Below are positions 45,026 to 56,118 of a DNA stretch of 64,000 nt, in pieces. The DNA lies in the NCBI GenBank assembly GCA_024405635.1, contig JAKSOL010000001.1, positions 80,048 through 144,047 of the forward strand, read 5' to 3'. The first letter of the stretch is position 1; each line of letters starts with the position of its first letter. The stretch comes from Salinivirgaceae bacterium (lineage in GTDB: Bacteria > Bacteroidota > Bacteroidia > Bacteroidales > SZUA-534). Made by a program: the position numbers and the translations under genes. Below the pieces are notes generated by a model. The model was not told where the DNA came from, did not search any database, and was given only the letters and a program-made list of their open reading frames with translations.

Positions 45026-47707
45026 CTATTGTAACTTAATGGCAAACTCTTTAAGCTGCTTGTAGTGCTTAGGCAACCATTTGTAAATAATGTTGAGCAA
45101 TGCGGCAACCGCTTTTGCTTTTCCGTTGTTGAATTGTTCTTGGCATTTTTTAAGTTCTTTTGTAATGTCTTGGTTTGCTTCAACATAATGAACCATTTCG
45201 GTATAGTTGTGCATCTTCATTGCATCTTCGGTTGAGCCAAAATGGTAAGACGTAAAGTCAATCAAGCTTTGTATTATTTCCTTTGTCTCTTTCTTTGATT
45301 TGCTCTTTTTGTACGATTCGCAAAGCTCATTTATCAAATAGAGTAGTTGTTGGTTTTGTCCGTCAAAATCGGGATTTCCGTTGTCGTAAGCAGGGTCCCA
45401 ATGTTGTGGTTCTGGTTCTGGAATTTCGGGTTCTGATTCTGAAATTATTTTTGCCACATCGGTTTGGTTGTTGCTGCTTTGTGCTGCTTTTCCCAATTCA
45501 AGTTGCAAAGCCGAAACTTGCGATTCAAGTTCCATAATTCGCATCTCGTCGGCGCGTTGTTTGGTAATGTTTATAGCTACAAGATGCACTTTGTAAGGTT
45601 GACCGGTAAGGTCGTCAACTAGTGGAGAATAAAGTTCAAGCAACCATTCTTCGTTGTTGTTCATGGTTACATGAGCAGTTCTGTTTTGTGTTTTTCCGCG
45701 TTTTAGTTCGGCCCAAATGCGATTGTATTCAGGTAGGTCGGCGGTTGTAATATTCATCACGTCTTTGTGCGATTTGCCAAGCAGTGCGCTCTCTGGTATA
45801 CCAACCAAGTCGCAGAAGTTTTGGTTTGCGCTTAAGAAGTAACCATCAAGATCAAACTCGCAATTGTAGCCTAACGAACTGATAATGTTTATCATTTTCT
45901 CTGATTCGCGAGCTTTGCGGTCCGATTCTTCTTGTGTGGCTTGCAATTCTTCCATGTTTTGTCGCATCTCTTCTTCTTGAGCAGCTAGCTCTTCTTTTTG
46001 GAACTGAGCGTTTTGTGCCATCAAAGCTGTGCGTTCAGCAGTTTTGGCTGTTGATATGGTAGATGCAATGTTTTCGGCAAGTCGTTCAATAAAGTCAATT
46101 TTGTAGTTGTCAATAGGTTGGAATGATGCCAACTCAATAATACCAAACACTTCGTTGTTTATAACCAATGGTACAATAAGCAAAACAGATGCAGTAGCTT
46201 CGCCTAAACCTGAAGTTATTGTAATGTATCCTTGTGGGACGTCGGTCATGTAAATGGTTTTACGCTCGTATGCGCAACGACCAATTAAATCTTCGCCAAC
46301 GCGGAATTGCTTTTGCATGAATTTGCGGCGGTCGTATGCGATGGCCGAAGTCATATCGTAAACTTCGTCGTTGGTTTCTTCGTCAACATTTTTGATATAG
46401 AAAGCACCTTGGTTTACTCCAACGTATTCAATCAAGTTTTTCAAAATGTTGTATGAAAGGTCTTTGATGTTGTTGTTGCCATTGTCGGCATGTAGCACGT
46501 TTCCTAGTTTAGCTAATCCCGATGTTGCCCAGTTTACTTTGTCGTCTTCAATCTTGCGGCGTTCTGCTTCTTCGCGGTTCGATTGTAGGTTAGCGCGCAT
46601 CTCTAGTAGCGAGTTTCCAAGTGTGTCGACTTCGCTTAATGGGGTAAATTGGGCATCAAGGTTGCCGGTTCCAATTTGGTTGGCAAATTCGGTAGTGTCT
46701 TTCAGTCCGTTAAGTAACTTGTCTAGGGCAATGTGAATTTTTTCAATGTCGCTACTTGCAGCTGCTATAGTTATTTGAGCATTGTTTACATCGCCAAGGG
46801 CAAGTTTATTGAGCGATTCGGTAAGTTCTTTGATTGGTGCAATAATTTTGTTTGCGGTTAACCAAACTAAAAGAGTGATGGCAAATGCGCCAATGATGGA
46901 TAGTAGTACAACAACTTTTGATGCTTTGTTTGCGTTGTTTAGTACAGCACCTTTGTTGTATGTGGTGCATAGTGTCCAATATTTTCCTTTGCTATATTCA
47001 ATTGGAGTTACACGCATCATTACGTTGCCCATTCCTTGAACGTGTCCGGTAAAGTCAAATTGTTTGTCGGTGCCAATGTTGGCAGAAAGGTTGGAGGCTT
47101 CGTCAAGAGCGGGTAATACTTCTGAAACTGTAAGCCCGCATTGTAGAGGCGATGTGCTCCAGAAAATTACATTATCGCTCGATACTAAAAAAGCAAGGTT
47201 CTCGCCACAAGTTTCGGTCAATTTTGCTTTAAGAGTGTCTAGTTGTATGGTTGCGGTGATGGCTCCAATAAAGTAGTCGTCCTCGGTAAGTGGTGATGCA
47301 ATGTTGAGTGATGTTGTTGTTGTCTCAACGCGTGGTGCTGATACTTCAACAAAATCAGATTCAAGCATTATCCAGTTTTCTTTAATTGATTTAAAGTTTG
47401 GGTGCTTGTTTAGTAATTGCTTATCAATGTTCATCAAGTTGTATGAGCGGTCGTCTTCGTCTTCAAATTGAAAATGGCTATATGAATGTGCCAATGTTCC
47501 AATAATGGCTTTGGCGTTTGATAGTTCAGCATTGATAAGTTCGCTACAGTTTGCTGTTATTGCTGAAAGTTGGTCCTTTTGTGTGGTTTTTACCATCTTC
47601 AGAATATTGGCATTGCTGTAAACTGCCATTACCAAAAATACTACTAACGATGTTGCTGCTGCGTAGAGCAGCATTTGTGCTTTGATTGATAGTTTTCTTG
47701 ACTTCAT
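45026..47707 (-). CDS. Membrane-bound multi-sensor protein: TM, a ~250-aa extracytoplasmic (Cache-like) domain, TM, HAMP(s), GAF, a Glu/Gln-rich coiled coil, PAS, and a degenerate hemerythrin-like C-terminus. No recognisable catalytic output domain.
   Basis: Two TM segments are present (LLYAAATSLVVFLVMAVY; VVVLLSIIGAFAITLLVWL). There is a GAF-like block (...IGRCAYERKTIYMTDVP...NNEVFGIIELASF), the coil QEEEMRQNMEELQATQEE, a PAS-like block, and a C-terminal W..Y..G...FD.QN..L..LINEL...YHF..TED.M....Y....H pattern. The ATG is at 47707. Confidence 0.65.
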   Translation of the reverse strand: MKSRKLSIKAQMLLYAAATSLVVFLVMAVYSNANILKMVKTTQKDQLSAITANCSELINAELSNAKAIIGTLAHSYSHFQFEDEDDRSYNLMNIDKQLLNKHPNFKSIKENWIMLESDFVEVSAPRVETTTTSLNIASPLTEDDYFIGAITATIQLDTLKAKLTETCGENLAFLVSSDNVIFWSTSPLQCGLTVSEVLPALDEASNLSANIGTDKQFDFTGHVQGMGNVMMRVTPIEYSKGKYWTLCTTYNKGAVLNNANKASKVVVLLSIIGAFAITLLVWLTANKIIAPIKELTESLNKLALGDVNNAQITIAAASSDIEKIHIALDKLLNGLKDTTEFANQIGTGNLDAQFTPLSEVDTLGNSLLEMRANLQSNREEAERRKIEDDKVNWATSGLAKLGNVLHADNGNNNIKDLSYNILKNLIEYVGVNQGAFYIKNVDEETNDEVYDMTSAIAYDRRKFMQKQFRVGEDLIGRCAYERKTIYMTDVPQGYITITSGLGEATASVLLIVPLVINNEVFGIIELASFQPIDNYKIDFIERLAENIASTISTAKTAERTALMAQNAQFQKEELAAQEEEMRQNMEELQATQEESDRKARESEKMINIISSLGYNCEFDLDGYFLSANQNFCDLVGIPESALLGKSHKDVMNITTADLPEYNRIWAELKRGKTQNRTAHVTMNNNEEWLLELYSPLVDDLTGQPYKVHLVAINITKQRADEMRIMELESQVSALQLELGKAAQSSNNQTDVAKIISESEPEIPEPEPQHWDPAYDNGNPDFDGQNQQLLYLINELCESYKKSKSKKETKEIIQSLIDFTSYHFGSTEDAMKMHNYTEMVHYVEANQDITKELKKCQEQFNNGKAKAVAALLNIIYKWLPKHYKQLKEFAIKLQ

Positions 47708-47811
47708 TTCTCTTTTAGTTAAAAGGGTGTGCACCCGACAAACAAAGTGCTATTTTAAGAAAAAAAGAGAAATGCGATAGTGTTTTTCTGAAAAATGATT
47801 TGATTGCAAAT

Positions 47812-47848
47812 AAAAAACGCTCTTAAAGAATGTCTCTAAGAGCGTTTT
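47812..47848 (-). terminator. Terminator downstream of clpB
   Basis: The stem is cgctctta(47818-25)/taagagcg(47837-44). On the minus strand it is followed by TTTTTT. Confidence 0.7.
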
Positions 47849-47867
47849 GGTATCAACCTTGACTGGG

Positions 47868-50453
47868 TTATTTGTTTGTTAGCACAATTTGGCCGTTTTG
47901 TCCACTAATGTTAATGGTCTTGTCTTTGTTAACGTCTCCGCTGATTATTGCGGTTGATAGTGGATTTAGAATTGCGCGTTCAATAAGTCGTTTTATTGGG
48001 CGAGCTCCGTAGTTAATGTCAAAACCTTGGTCGGCAATTGCGTCAATGGCTGTGTTGTCGATTGTTATGTTAACACCTTGTGCAGCAAGTCGTTCTGATA
48101 GGTGATGCATTTGCAATTCTACAATTTTCTTTATGTCGGTTTTTAATAGTGGCGAAAACATTATTATTTCGTCAATTCGGTTTAAAAACTCGGGTTTTAC
48201 AGTGGCTTTTAGCATGTTTAGTGCTTTTTCTTGTGCCGATTCAATTACCATTTGACGGTTGTTGTCGTTCATTTTTTCAAACTCTTGTTGTATTAGTTCC
48301 GAACCAATGTTTGACGTCATTATAATAATGGTGTTTTTAAAGTTCACTGTTCGTCCTTTGTTGTCGGTTAGTCGTCCGTCGTCGAGCACTTGCAGTAGAA
48401 TGTTGAAAACATCGGGGTGAGCTTTTTCAATTTCGTCGAGCAAAACAACTGAATATGGCTTGCGGCGAACGGCTTCGGTTAGTTGACCTCCTTCGTCGTA
48501 GCCTACATATCCCGGAGGTGCTCCTATTAGACGCGAAACGGAGTATCGTTCTTGGTATTCCGACATGTCAATTCGTGTCATTTGAGTGTCGTCGTTGAAC
48601 AGAAACCCTGCTAATGCTTTTGCTAGTTCGGTTTTTCCAACACCGGTTGTGCCTAAAAAGATGAATGATCCAATGGGCTTGTTGGTGTCTTGTAGTCCGG
48701 CACGGCTACGGCGCACAGCATTTGATATTGCCGATATAGCCTCGTCTTGACCAATAACGCGTTTGTGAAGTTCTTGCTCAAGGTTAATTAGTTTTTCGCG
48801 TTCGGCTTGCATCATTTTCGAAACTGGAATGTGAGTCCATTTTGATACAACTTCGGCAATGTCTTCTGGTGTAACAACCTCGCGAATCATGGCTTCGGTT
48901 TGTGTTTGCAGTTTGGCTTTTTGTTGTTCAATAATGTTTTCGCATTCTTTGATTTTTCCATAGCGAATTTCGGCTACTTTGCTGTAGTCGCCGTTGCGCT
49001 CGGCTTGTTCGGCTTCAAGTTTTAGTTCTTCAATGCGTTTTTTATTGTTCTGAATGTCGTCTAATACAGCTTTTTCGGCCTTCCATTTTGCTGTTTTTGC
49101 AGTCAACTCGGCATTTTTTTCGCTCAGTTCTTTGTTTATTGAGTTGAGTTTTGCCGAGTCGCCTTCGCGTTTTATGGCTTCTTTTTCAATCTCAAGTTGC
49201 ATCACATCGCGTTGTAGTTCGTCAATGTCTTCGGGTACCGAGTTCATTTCCATTCTTAGTTTTGATGCAGCTTCGTCAATAAGGTCTATGGCTTTGTCGG
49301 GAAGGAAACGATCTGATATATAGCGGTTTGATAGTTCAACGGCGGATATTAAAGCATCGTCAAGAATTTGCACTTTGTGGTGCATCTCGTAGCGCTCTTT
49401 CAGTCCTCGCAAAATTGATATTGAACTGCATGTGTCGGGTTCGTCAATTATTACTTTTTGAAAACGGCGTTCAAGTGCTTTGTCTTTTTCAAAGTATTTT
49501 TGGTATTCGTCAAGTGTGGTGGCACCAATTGAACGCAGCTCGCCACGAGCAAGCGCGGGTTTTAAAATGTTGGCAGCGTCCATTGCTCCGTCGCCTTTTC
49601 CTGCTCCCACAAGCGTATGAATCTCGTCAATGAAAAGAATTATTTCACCGTTTGTGCTAATCACTTCGTTTACAACACTTTTCAATCGTTCTTCAAATTC
49701 GCCTTTGTATTTTGCGCCAGCCACAAGTGCGCCCATATCGAGCGAGTAAATTTTTTTGGTTTTCAAATTTTCGGGCACATCGTTTCGTACTATACGGTGA
49801 GCAATGCCTTCGGCTATTGCTGTTTTTCCGGTGCCGGGTTCGCCAATAAGAATGGGGTTGTTTTTGGTGCGGCGACTAAGTATTTGCAAAATGCGTCGAA
49901 TTTCGTCGTCGCGACCAATTACTGGATCGAGTTTGCCTTGGGCGGCTTGCTCGTTAAGGTTAATGGCATATTTGGCAAGCGACATGTAGTTGCTGTCAGC
50001 GTTCTCGCTGGTTACTTTTTGTCCTTTGGTTATTTCTAATATGCAGGTTTCAACTGTTTTGGGGGTCAAACCTTGGTCGCGTAGCATTTTTCCAATTTGG
50101 CTGCGGTCGTCAACAATTGCTAGCCAAAGATGCTCAACCGACACAAATTGATCGCCTTTTTTGTTGGCTAATTGTTGTGCGTTTGCAAGAATTGCATTTG
50201 AGTCGTTTGATAAATATACATCGCCTCCTGAAACTTTTGGGTATGAGTAGTTTATACTATCAATTATGCCATTAAGTGTTTGTTCTGAAATGTTGTGTTT
50301 TTGCAAAATGTAACGGCTTACGTCTTTCTCAACATCGAGCAAGGCTTTTAGTATATGACCTGGCTCAATGGCTTGGTTTCCAGATGCATTAGCAATGTTT
50401 ACTGCGTTTTGCAGAACTTCTTGCGTCTTAATTGTGAAATTGTTAGTGTTCAT
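47868..50453 (-). CDS. clpB: ATP-dependent chaperone/disaggregase ClpB
   Basis: It has a Clp_N domain, two AAA+ modules (GEPGTGKTA; GTTGVGKTE) and a long middle coiled coil between them. It is 861 aa. Confidence 0.95.
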   Translation of the reverse strand: MNTNNFTIKTQEVLQNAVNIANASGNQAIEPGHILKALLDVEKDVSRYILQKHNISEQTLNGIIDSINYSYPKVSGGDVYLSNDSNAILANAQQLANKKGDQFVSVEHLWLAIVDDRSQIGKMLRDQGLTPKTVETCILEITKGQKVTSENADSNYMSLAKYAINLNEQAAQGKLDPVIGRDDEIRRILQILSRRTKNNPILIGEPGTGKTAIAEGIAHRIVRNDVPENLKTKKIYSLDMGALVAGAKYKGEFEERLKSVVNEVISTNGEIILFIDEIHTLVGAGKGDGAMDAANILKPALARGELRSIGATTLDEYQKYFEKDKALERRFQKVIIDEPDTCSSISILRGLKERYEMHHKVQILDDALISAVELSNRYISDRFLPDKAIDLIDEAASKLRMEMNSVPEDIDELQRDVMQLEIEKEAIKREGDSAKLNSINKELSEKNAELTAKTAKWKAEKAVLDDIQNNKKRIEELKLEAEQAERNGDYSKVAEIRYGKIKECENIIEQQKAKLQTQTEAMIREVVTPEDIAEVVSKWTHIPVSKMMQAEREKLINLEQELHKRVIGQDEAISAISNAVRRSRAGLQDTNKPIGSFIFLGTTGVGKTELAKALAGFLFNDDTQMTRIDMSEYQERYSVSRLIGAPPGYVGYDEGGQLTEAVRRKPYSVVLLDEIEKAHPDVFNILLQVLDDGRLTDNKGRTVNFKNTIIIMTSNIGSELIQQEFEKMNDNNRQMVIESAQEKALNMLKATVKPEFLNRIDEIIMFSPLLKTDIKKIVELQMHHLSERLAAQGVNITIDNTAIDAIADQGFDINYGARPIKRLIERAILNPLSTAIISGDVNKDKTINISGQNGQIVLTNK

Positions 50454-50782
50454 AGTGCTTATGATTTATGTGTGTTAATTATAAACAGTTTTTTTTATCG
50501 CTTTGTTGAATGGCAAATTGTAAGCCAAGCCTTATGGTAAAATGGCTTTCTTTTTGTTTGCGTTTTGTAAATCGTTGTTAATTAGGCGATTGCATGTAAT
50601 GTGGCAAATTGTTACATGCATGACAATTTTTCATAAATAATTGAAAAGTAATGCCAAAATGACAAATTGGTCATTTTTATTAACGAGGTTAACCTATGTG
50701 TAAAGAGTGTTAATTTTCGATAAAAGTTTGCGTAGTAATAATATATAACTACATTCGTGCCCAACAATACTGACAAAAATCA

Positions 50783-51736
50783 ATGAAAACTGCCTATTAT
50801 TTCGATGAAGATTCGCTGCAAATGGTTGAGCGGCGTACTTCGTGGGTAAGCAGTGCGGTGCAAAAAGCAAAACCTTATTTTTGGGGGTCGCTTGTTGTTT
50901 CGGCACTAGCTTGGGGCGCAATGTCATTTGGTTTTTTGCCTTCAATTGGTAATTCAAATCTCCAAACCGAGCAAATTGAAATTAAAGCAAAGTTGGATCA
51001 ACTTAACAGCCGTTTTGCTGATGTTGAAGATTTCCTTTCGCTTGTTCAATACCGCGACGATAGTTGTTTTCGTGTGATTGCACAAAAACAACCTATTCCA
51101 ATGTCGGTTCGTCAGCCTAACTTTGGTGGTATTAATAAATATGAGTCGCTTGAGAGTTTTCCTTTTGGCGATGATTTGGTTGATGCTAATAACCGCGCCG
51201 ATTACCTTCAACGTAGATTGAATGTGCAATTGAGTTCGTATCGTTCAATGGAAAAGAATGCAAGTTTATACAACGATAGTTTGTTAGCCATGCCAGCTAT
51301 TTCTCCAATGGCTCCACATCGTTTCAGAATATCATCATCGTTTGGAACTCGTATTCACCCAATCTTACGTGCGCGTTTTCATCACGATGGTGTTGACTTT
51401 GCCGCAAAAGAAGGTACCGAAATCTTTGCAACTGGTAGCGGAGTTGTTACAAAGGTGATTCGTAGCAAATCGGGCTACGGAAATATGGTTGTTATTAATC
51501 ACGGTTACGGATATACATCGCGTTATGCTCACTTGAGCAAAATTAAAGTTGCTGTTGGCGATACTGTTCAACGAGGAACTGTTATTGCATTGTGTGGCAA
51601 TACCGGTTTGTCAACAGGTTCGCATCTTCATTACGAGGTGATTAGTAATGGCACAAAGAAAGATCCTCAAGGATTTATGGCATTTGACTTGAACTCTACC
51701 GAGTTTAAGGAAATGCGTAATGCTTTTGCTGAATAA
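50783..51736 (+). CDS. M23-family (LytM-type) metallopeptidase with an N-terminal membrane anchor
   Basis: HHDGVDFAA...GNMVVINHGYGYTSRYAHLS...GNTGLSTGSHLHYEV, giving the HxxxD and HxH motifs. Confidence 0.88.
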   Translation: MKTAYYFDEDSLQMVERRTSWVSSAVQKAKPYFWGSLVVSALAWGAMSFGFLPSIGNSNLQTEQIEIKAKLDQLNSRFADVEDFLSLVQYRDDSCFRVIAQKQPIPMSVRQPNFGGINKYESLESFPFGDDLVDANNRADYLQRRLNVQLSSYRSMEKNASLYNDSLLAMPAISPMAPHRFRISSSFGTRIHPILRARFHHDGVDFAAKEGTEIFATGSGVVTKVIRSKSGYGNMVVINHGYGYTSRYAHLSKIKVAVGDTVQRGTVIALCGNTGLSTGSHLHYEVISNGTKKDPQGFMAFDLNSTEFKEMRNAFAE

Positions 51737-51952
51737 TATTTTTCTTTCTGTTTTTTTACTTTGAGGCAAATGGTTTAAACTTTGCTTTGTTTTATGCGCA
51801 CAATTGTATTTGTTGTGCTAACAATCGGTTTTTTCTTCTTCAATAAGTAAAAATTGAACATGCGGAATTGGTTGTTCTGCATCTTGTTCAATAAAAACTA
51901 ACATTGGTGCAGGGCCATTATATTTCAGTCATAAATGAATGATGATGAGCAT

Positions 51953-54310
51953 TTATGGTTGTGAAGTTTGAAAAACGATTTTTACAGGAGCTAAACCGGG
52001 CGAAGTGGCTGATAGTGTAACAATGCCGCTTTGTCGTTTTGAGCGAAGAATAACCGTTGTTTCTCCATTCCAAAGGCGGCGAGTGTTGCTAATGTATGGT
52101 TCTTCGCTTTGTATGTCGCCATTTGTTACGGCAACAATTTCAGCAGGGCCTTCAACGTTGAATGTTATTTGATTTCGGTAAGTTTGGTTTAGTCGGTCTT
52201 GGTTGTCAAGTGCCGATATGGTAATGTGTTGAAGGTCGTATCCATCGGCTTTCCAATTGTTATTGTCGTGTTGGGCAAATAGGTGAGTAGCTGATGTTGC
52301 TGTTTCAATTTTGTGGTAAGCAACCACCTTGCCGTTGGTGCGAGCAATGGCAACAAGTGTTCCTTGCTCAAATGGTACTTTTTTCCATGCGGTGTGGTTT
52401 GCTATATGCGATATCGATCTGTCGTTTTGTTTTGTGCCAAGACTTTTGCCGTTTAAAATCAGTTCCATTTCGTCGGCATTGCTAATAACCCAAAGGTTAA
52501 GAGAGTCGCCTTGTCGAAAATTCCAATGGTCGAGTATGTTGGTTGTGCTAATTTGTTCGCCTGTCCATCTGCTGTTGTTGGTTATACTTGAAATGCAAAT
52601 GTGAACAGTTGGCTCTTCAGGCATAAAGAACGATTTTAAAAGATATGCGCTTGGTTTTGGTTCCATGTTGATATAGAATGTGCCTTGTCCCCATTTTAAA
52701 GCTGGCCAATGGCTTGTCTCGCGCAAATAGTCGATTAGTCCCCAGTATGCAATTCCAATATTTTTTTCTTTTTCAAAATCGATAAAACTTTGGCCTATCA
52801 TTGCCACGTTTGCCTCGCTTAAGTAAAAATTCATCCAAGGGAAAAGGCGTTTATCGTTGTTTGTGTATGCAAATCGGTAGTTATATGCCTGAATGTCGGT
52901 AATGTATGCCAAGTCCGATGGTAGAGAGTCGGTGTTTAAGTTGCGTCCGTGAGGGTGCATTGTGGCAGTGGTAGGGCGAGTGGTGTCGTATCGCTGAACT
53001 AGTGTGCGCATCAATTTATAAGGAGTTACGCCCCAGTCGGCAAAGGGGAGGTTGGGGGTTAATTGGTTTTCGTTGCCAAGGCTCCACATTATTACGCAAG
53101 GGTGGTTGCGGTCGCGTTTTATGAATTCAGAAACATTGCTTTGCCATAAGCTGTTCCAATCGCGGCGTCCGCCTGCATATTGCGTGAGCCATTTGTCGTA
53201 AAGTTCGTCAACTACTAAAATTCCGTATTGGTCGCAAAGGTTCAGAAATGTTTCGCTATATGGGTTGTGCGATGTGCGAATGTGGTTTACACCAAATTGT
53301 TTTAGCGTTTGTATGCGTTTTTCGTTGGCACGTTCGTAATCGGCAGCGCCAAGTGCGCCAAGTGTATGGTGGTTGGCCATGCCTTTTAGCAACACTTTTT
53401 TCCCGTTTAGCTTAAAGCCAAATTCTGGGCCATATTCAATGCTGCGTATGCCAAAAGTGCTTGTGGCAATGTCAATTATCGAATCTTTGGTAATTATTGC
53501 CGATTCAACGGTGTATAGTTTTGGCGAGTCGAGGTCCCACAATTCGGGATTATTTATGCTAATGCTGTCAATTCGATATTCAAATGTGTTGGCTATTTGC
53601 TTTAATGATACAGTGTTTTTCGATACTGCTTTTCCTTCGGGATTGCGAACTATGGTTTGAACGTAGATTGGTTCTTTTGATTTTGGGCGACTTATTTCAG
53701 CATTGATAATAACAGTGGCTTGTTTGTCGCTAACGTTAGGTGTGATTATTTGCAAGGGGTGGCGCTCAAAGTAAGTGGTGCGGTTTGTAACTATTAGTTT
53801 AACGTTTCTTGTTAATCCACCGCCAGTGTGCCAGCGCGAGTTTTCGGGGTTTTGCAAGTTGGCTTTCACTGCAATTATGTTTGGTCCGTTCCAGTTTACG
53901 TGGTCGGTTATGTCAACTTCAAATCCAAGGTAACCATAGTCGGTGCTGCCAACGTGTTCACCGTTTAAATAAACATCGCCAACGTACATAATGCTTTCAA
54001 AATCAAGCAATAGGCGCTTGCCTTTCCATTCGTTGCGCAAGTTTAGTTGGCGACGGTACCAACCTATGCCGCTTTTTACCAATCCTGCCGAAATGTTGTT
54101 GGGTTGCTTTGGGTACGATGGGTGGGCTATTTGAAAGTCGTGTGGAACATTTATTATGCGCCAATCGGAGTCGTTTAATTCTACCGATTCGGCATTGTTT
54201 AAATCGCCAAAATGAAATTTCCAACTAAAATTGAGGTCATATACTTCGCGCGATGTTGCTATGTTGTTGAATAGTAATAGAGTAGCGAGTATTGCAAAAA
54301 GCCTTTTCAT
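51953..54310 (-). CDS. Glycoside hydrolase family 2 (beta-galactosidase/beta-glucuronidase-like)
   Basis: It has a signal peptide from the ATG at 54310 (MKRLFAILATLLL) and a sugar-binding region (WYRR...GKRLLLDFESIMYVGDVYLNGEHVG). The TIM barrel carries NHIRTSHNP and the acid/base region WSLGNE. Confidence 0.85.
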   Translation of the reverse strand: MKRLFAILATLLLFNNIATSREVYDLNFSWKFHFGDLNNAESVELNDSDWRIINVPHDFQIAHPSYPKQPNNISAGLVKSGIGWYRRQLNLRNEWKGKRLLLDFESIMYVGDVYLNGEHVGSTDYGYLGFEVDITDHVNWNGPNIIAVKANLQNPENSRWHTGGGLTRNVKLIVTNRTTYFERHPLQIITPNVSDKQATVIINAEISRPKSKEPIYVQTIVRNPEGKAVSKNTVSLKQIANTFEYRIDSISINNPELWDLDSPKLYTVESAIITKDSIIDIATSTFGIRSIEYGPEFGFKLNGKKVLLKGMANHHTLGALGAADYERANEKRIQTLKQFGVNHIRTSHNPYSETFLNLCDQYGILVVDELYDKWLTQYAGGRRDWNSLWQSNVSEFIKRDRNHPCVIMWSLGNENQLTPNLPFADWGVTPYKLMRTLVQRYDTTRPTTATMHPHGRNLNTDSLPSDLAYITDIQAYNYRFAYTNNDKRLFPWMNFYLSEANVAMIGQSFIDFEKEKNIGIAYWGLIDYLRETSHWPALKWGQGTFYINMEPKPSAYLLKSFFMPEEPTVHICISSITNNSRWTGEQISTTNILDHWNFRQGDSLNLWVISNADEMELILNGKSLGTKQNDRSISHIANHTAWKKVPFEQGTLVAIARTNGKVVAYHKIETATSATHLFAQHDNNNWKADGYDLQHITISALDNQDRLNQTYRNQITFNVEGPAEIVAVTNGDIQSEEPYISNTRRLWNGETTVILRSKRQSGIVTLSATSPGLAPVKIVFQTSQP

Positions 54311-54392
54311 TTGTTTATTCAAGTTTTTTTTGTTGTGGCGCAAATATAAGGCTTGGTTGCTAATGGTTTTGTTTGGGCTGTTTAAAACCGAA

Positions 54393-54435
54393 TAAAAAAA
54401 ACGGCAGCACTCGTGTTTTGAATGCTGCCGATTTT
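54393..54435 (-). terminator. Terminator downstream of the acyl-CoA ligase gene
   Basis: The stem is cggcagca(54402-09)/tgctgccg(54423-30). On the minus strand it is followed by a T9 run. Confidence 0.75.
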
Positions 54436-54462
54436 AGTCTTAATTCAAGTTTTGGTACTGAA

Positions 54463-56118
54463 TTATATTTGATAGATAAAGCGTTTGATGCTCTTTTTAG
54501 GAGTTTTTTCAAACTCTTCGTTGTAAATCTTAACACCAGCAATTTGGCTGAAGTTTGGAAGATCTTTGTTTAGTTGGAACACCAATTGCTCAATTGTAGT
54601 TTTAATGTCGTTGTCGTGAATACCTTGTTGAGTAAGTGCTTCAAAATCAGGATAAATCAAGGCGTAAAGTTTTCCATCTTTTTCAGCAACAATCGATTCG
54701 GTAACATAGAACAAGTTGTTGATGCGATCCTCAATCTCTTCGGGGTAAATGTTTTGTCCGCTAGGACCAAGAATCATATTCTTGCTACGACCTTTGATAA
54801 ATACGTTGCCATCTTTGTCCATAAGGGCAAGGTCGCCAGTGTGGCCCCAACCTTCAGAGTCAATGAATTGTTTTGTAGCTGCTTCGTTTTTGTAGTAGCC
54901 AATCATCATATTGGTACCGCGTGCAAGAATTTCGCCTGGAATATTCTCTGGGTCGCTTGAGTCGATTTTAATTTCCATGCGTTCAACAGGGCGGCCGCAC
55001 GAACCTTTTGCAAAGGTGCTCCAATCGGAGAATGTTAAAATTGGCGCAAACTCGGTCATGCCGTAACCTACGGTGTATTCAAACTTAATTTTCTTCAAAA
55101 AGTCTTCAATACCTTGGTTTAGTGGAGCACCACCAATAATAACCTCTTTAAAATTGCCACCCAAAGCCTCGCGTACTTTTGAGCGTATATTGCTGTAAAT
55201 CTTATCGTTAATTACAGGAATGTTTAGCATAAAGTTGATAATTGGACGCTCGATTTGTGGGAATACTTTCTTGCGGATAATCTTTTCAAGAATAAGTGGA
55301 ACCGAGATGATAAGGTCTGGTTTAACTTCAGCAAATGCATCGGTAATGATTTTTGGCGATGGGGTACGAGTTAAGAAATAAATGTGAGTACCAACACCAA
55401 ATCCATAAAGGAACTCAAATGCTAAACCGTACATGTGTGCCATTGGTAGAATTGACACTAACTTTTGTCCGCTCTCGCTGCCAATTGCGTTTACTGCAAA
55501 TACATAGTTTGAATATAGCGTGCGGAATGGAAGCATAACGCCCTTTGATGCGCTTGTTGTTCCCGATGTGTAGTTGATTAGTGCAAGATCTTCCCAGTTT
55601 TCGGCTGCAAGACTAAAGTCGTTTGGTAGGAACTTGTGTGGGAAACGTTGTGCAAACATCAAGTTTAGGTTGTTGCGCGCATAGGTTAGTTTTTCGTTGC
55701 GCGATACGCGGATTTCATAATCTTCCATGCGTATAATGCCTAATAAATCAGGCATTGAAGCTTCATCTAGTCCGCTCCAAACATTGTCGCCAACAAATAG
55801 CAAGCGCGACTCGCTATGGTTAACAATGTGATGAATGTTATCGGGTTTGAATTCGCTCAAAATAGGTACGGCAACTGCTCCATACGACAATGTTGCCAAA
55901 AAGGCTATGCCCCAAGCCGATGAGTTGCGGCTACATAGTGCAATGCGGTCGCCTTTTTCTATACCGCACTCTTCAAACAAAATGTGAAGTTTCACAATTT
56001 GGCGAGCAACATCGCGGTATGTGTTGGTTGTTCCTTGATAATCGGTAAGTGAAGGTTTACCCCAATTGTCTCGAATGGTTTTTTCGAAGACGGTCATGAG
56101 GTTGCTATTCATTTCCAT
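54463..56118 (-). CDS. AMP-dependent synthetase/ligase (long-chain fatty acid-CoA ligase-like)
   Basis: It has the AMP-binding motif INYTSGTTSASKGV, plus YGMTE and GWGHTGDLALMDKDGNVFIKGRSK. Confidence 0.85.
   Translation of the reverse strand: MEMNSNLMTVFEKTIRDNWGKPSLTDYQGTTNTYRDVARQIVKLHILFEECGIEKGDRIALCSRNSSAWGIAFLATLSYGAVAVPILSEFKPDNIHHIVNHSESRLLFVGDNVWSGLDEASMPDLLGIIRMEDYEIRVSRNEKLTYARNNLNLMFAQRFPHKFLPNDFSLAAENWEDLALINYTSGTTSASKGVMLPFRTLYSNYVFAVNAIGSESGQKLVSILPMAHMYGLAFEFLYGFGVGTHIYFLTRTPSPKIITDAFAEVKPDLIISVPLILEKIIRKKVFPQIERPIINFMLNIPVINDKIYSNIRSKVREALGGNFKEVIIGGAPLNQGIEDFLKKIKFEYTVGYGMTEFAPILTFSDWSTFAKGSCGRPVERMEIKIDSSDPENIPGEILARGTNMMIGYYKNEAATKQFIDSEGWGHTGDLALMDKDGNVFIKGRSKNMILGPSGQNIYPEEIEDRINNLFYVTESIVAEKDGKLYALIYPDFEALTQQGIHDNDIKTTIEQLVFQLNKDLPNFSQIAGVKIYNEEFEKTPKKSIKRFIYQI

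Noticed and set aside
50511-50527. Sigma-54-like promoter (TGGCAAATTGTAAGC / TGGCAAATTGTTACATGC)
   Set aside because: The GG-N10-GC spacing of the -24/-12 consensus (TGGCAC-N5-TTGC) is not satisfied.
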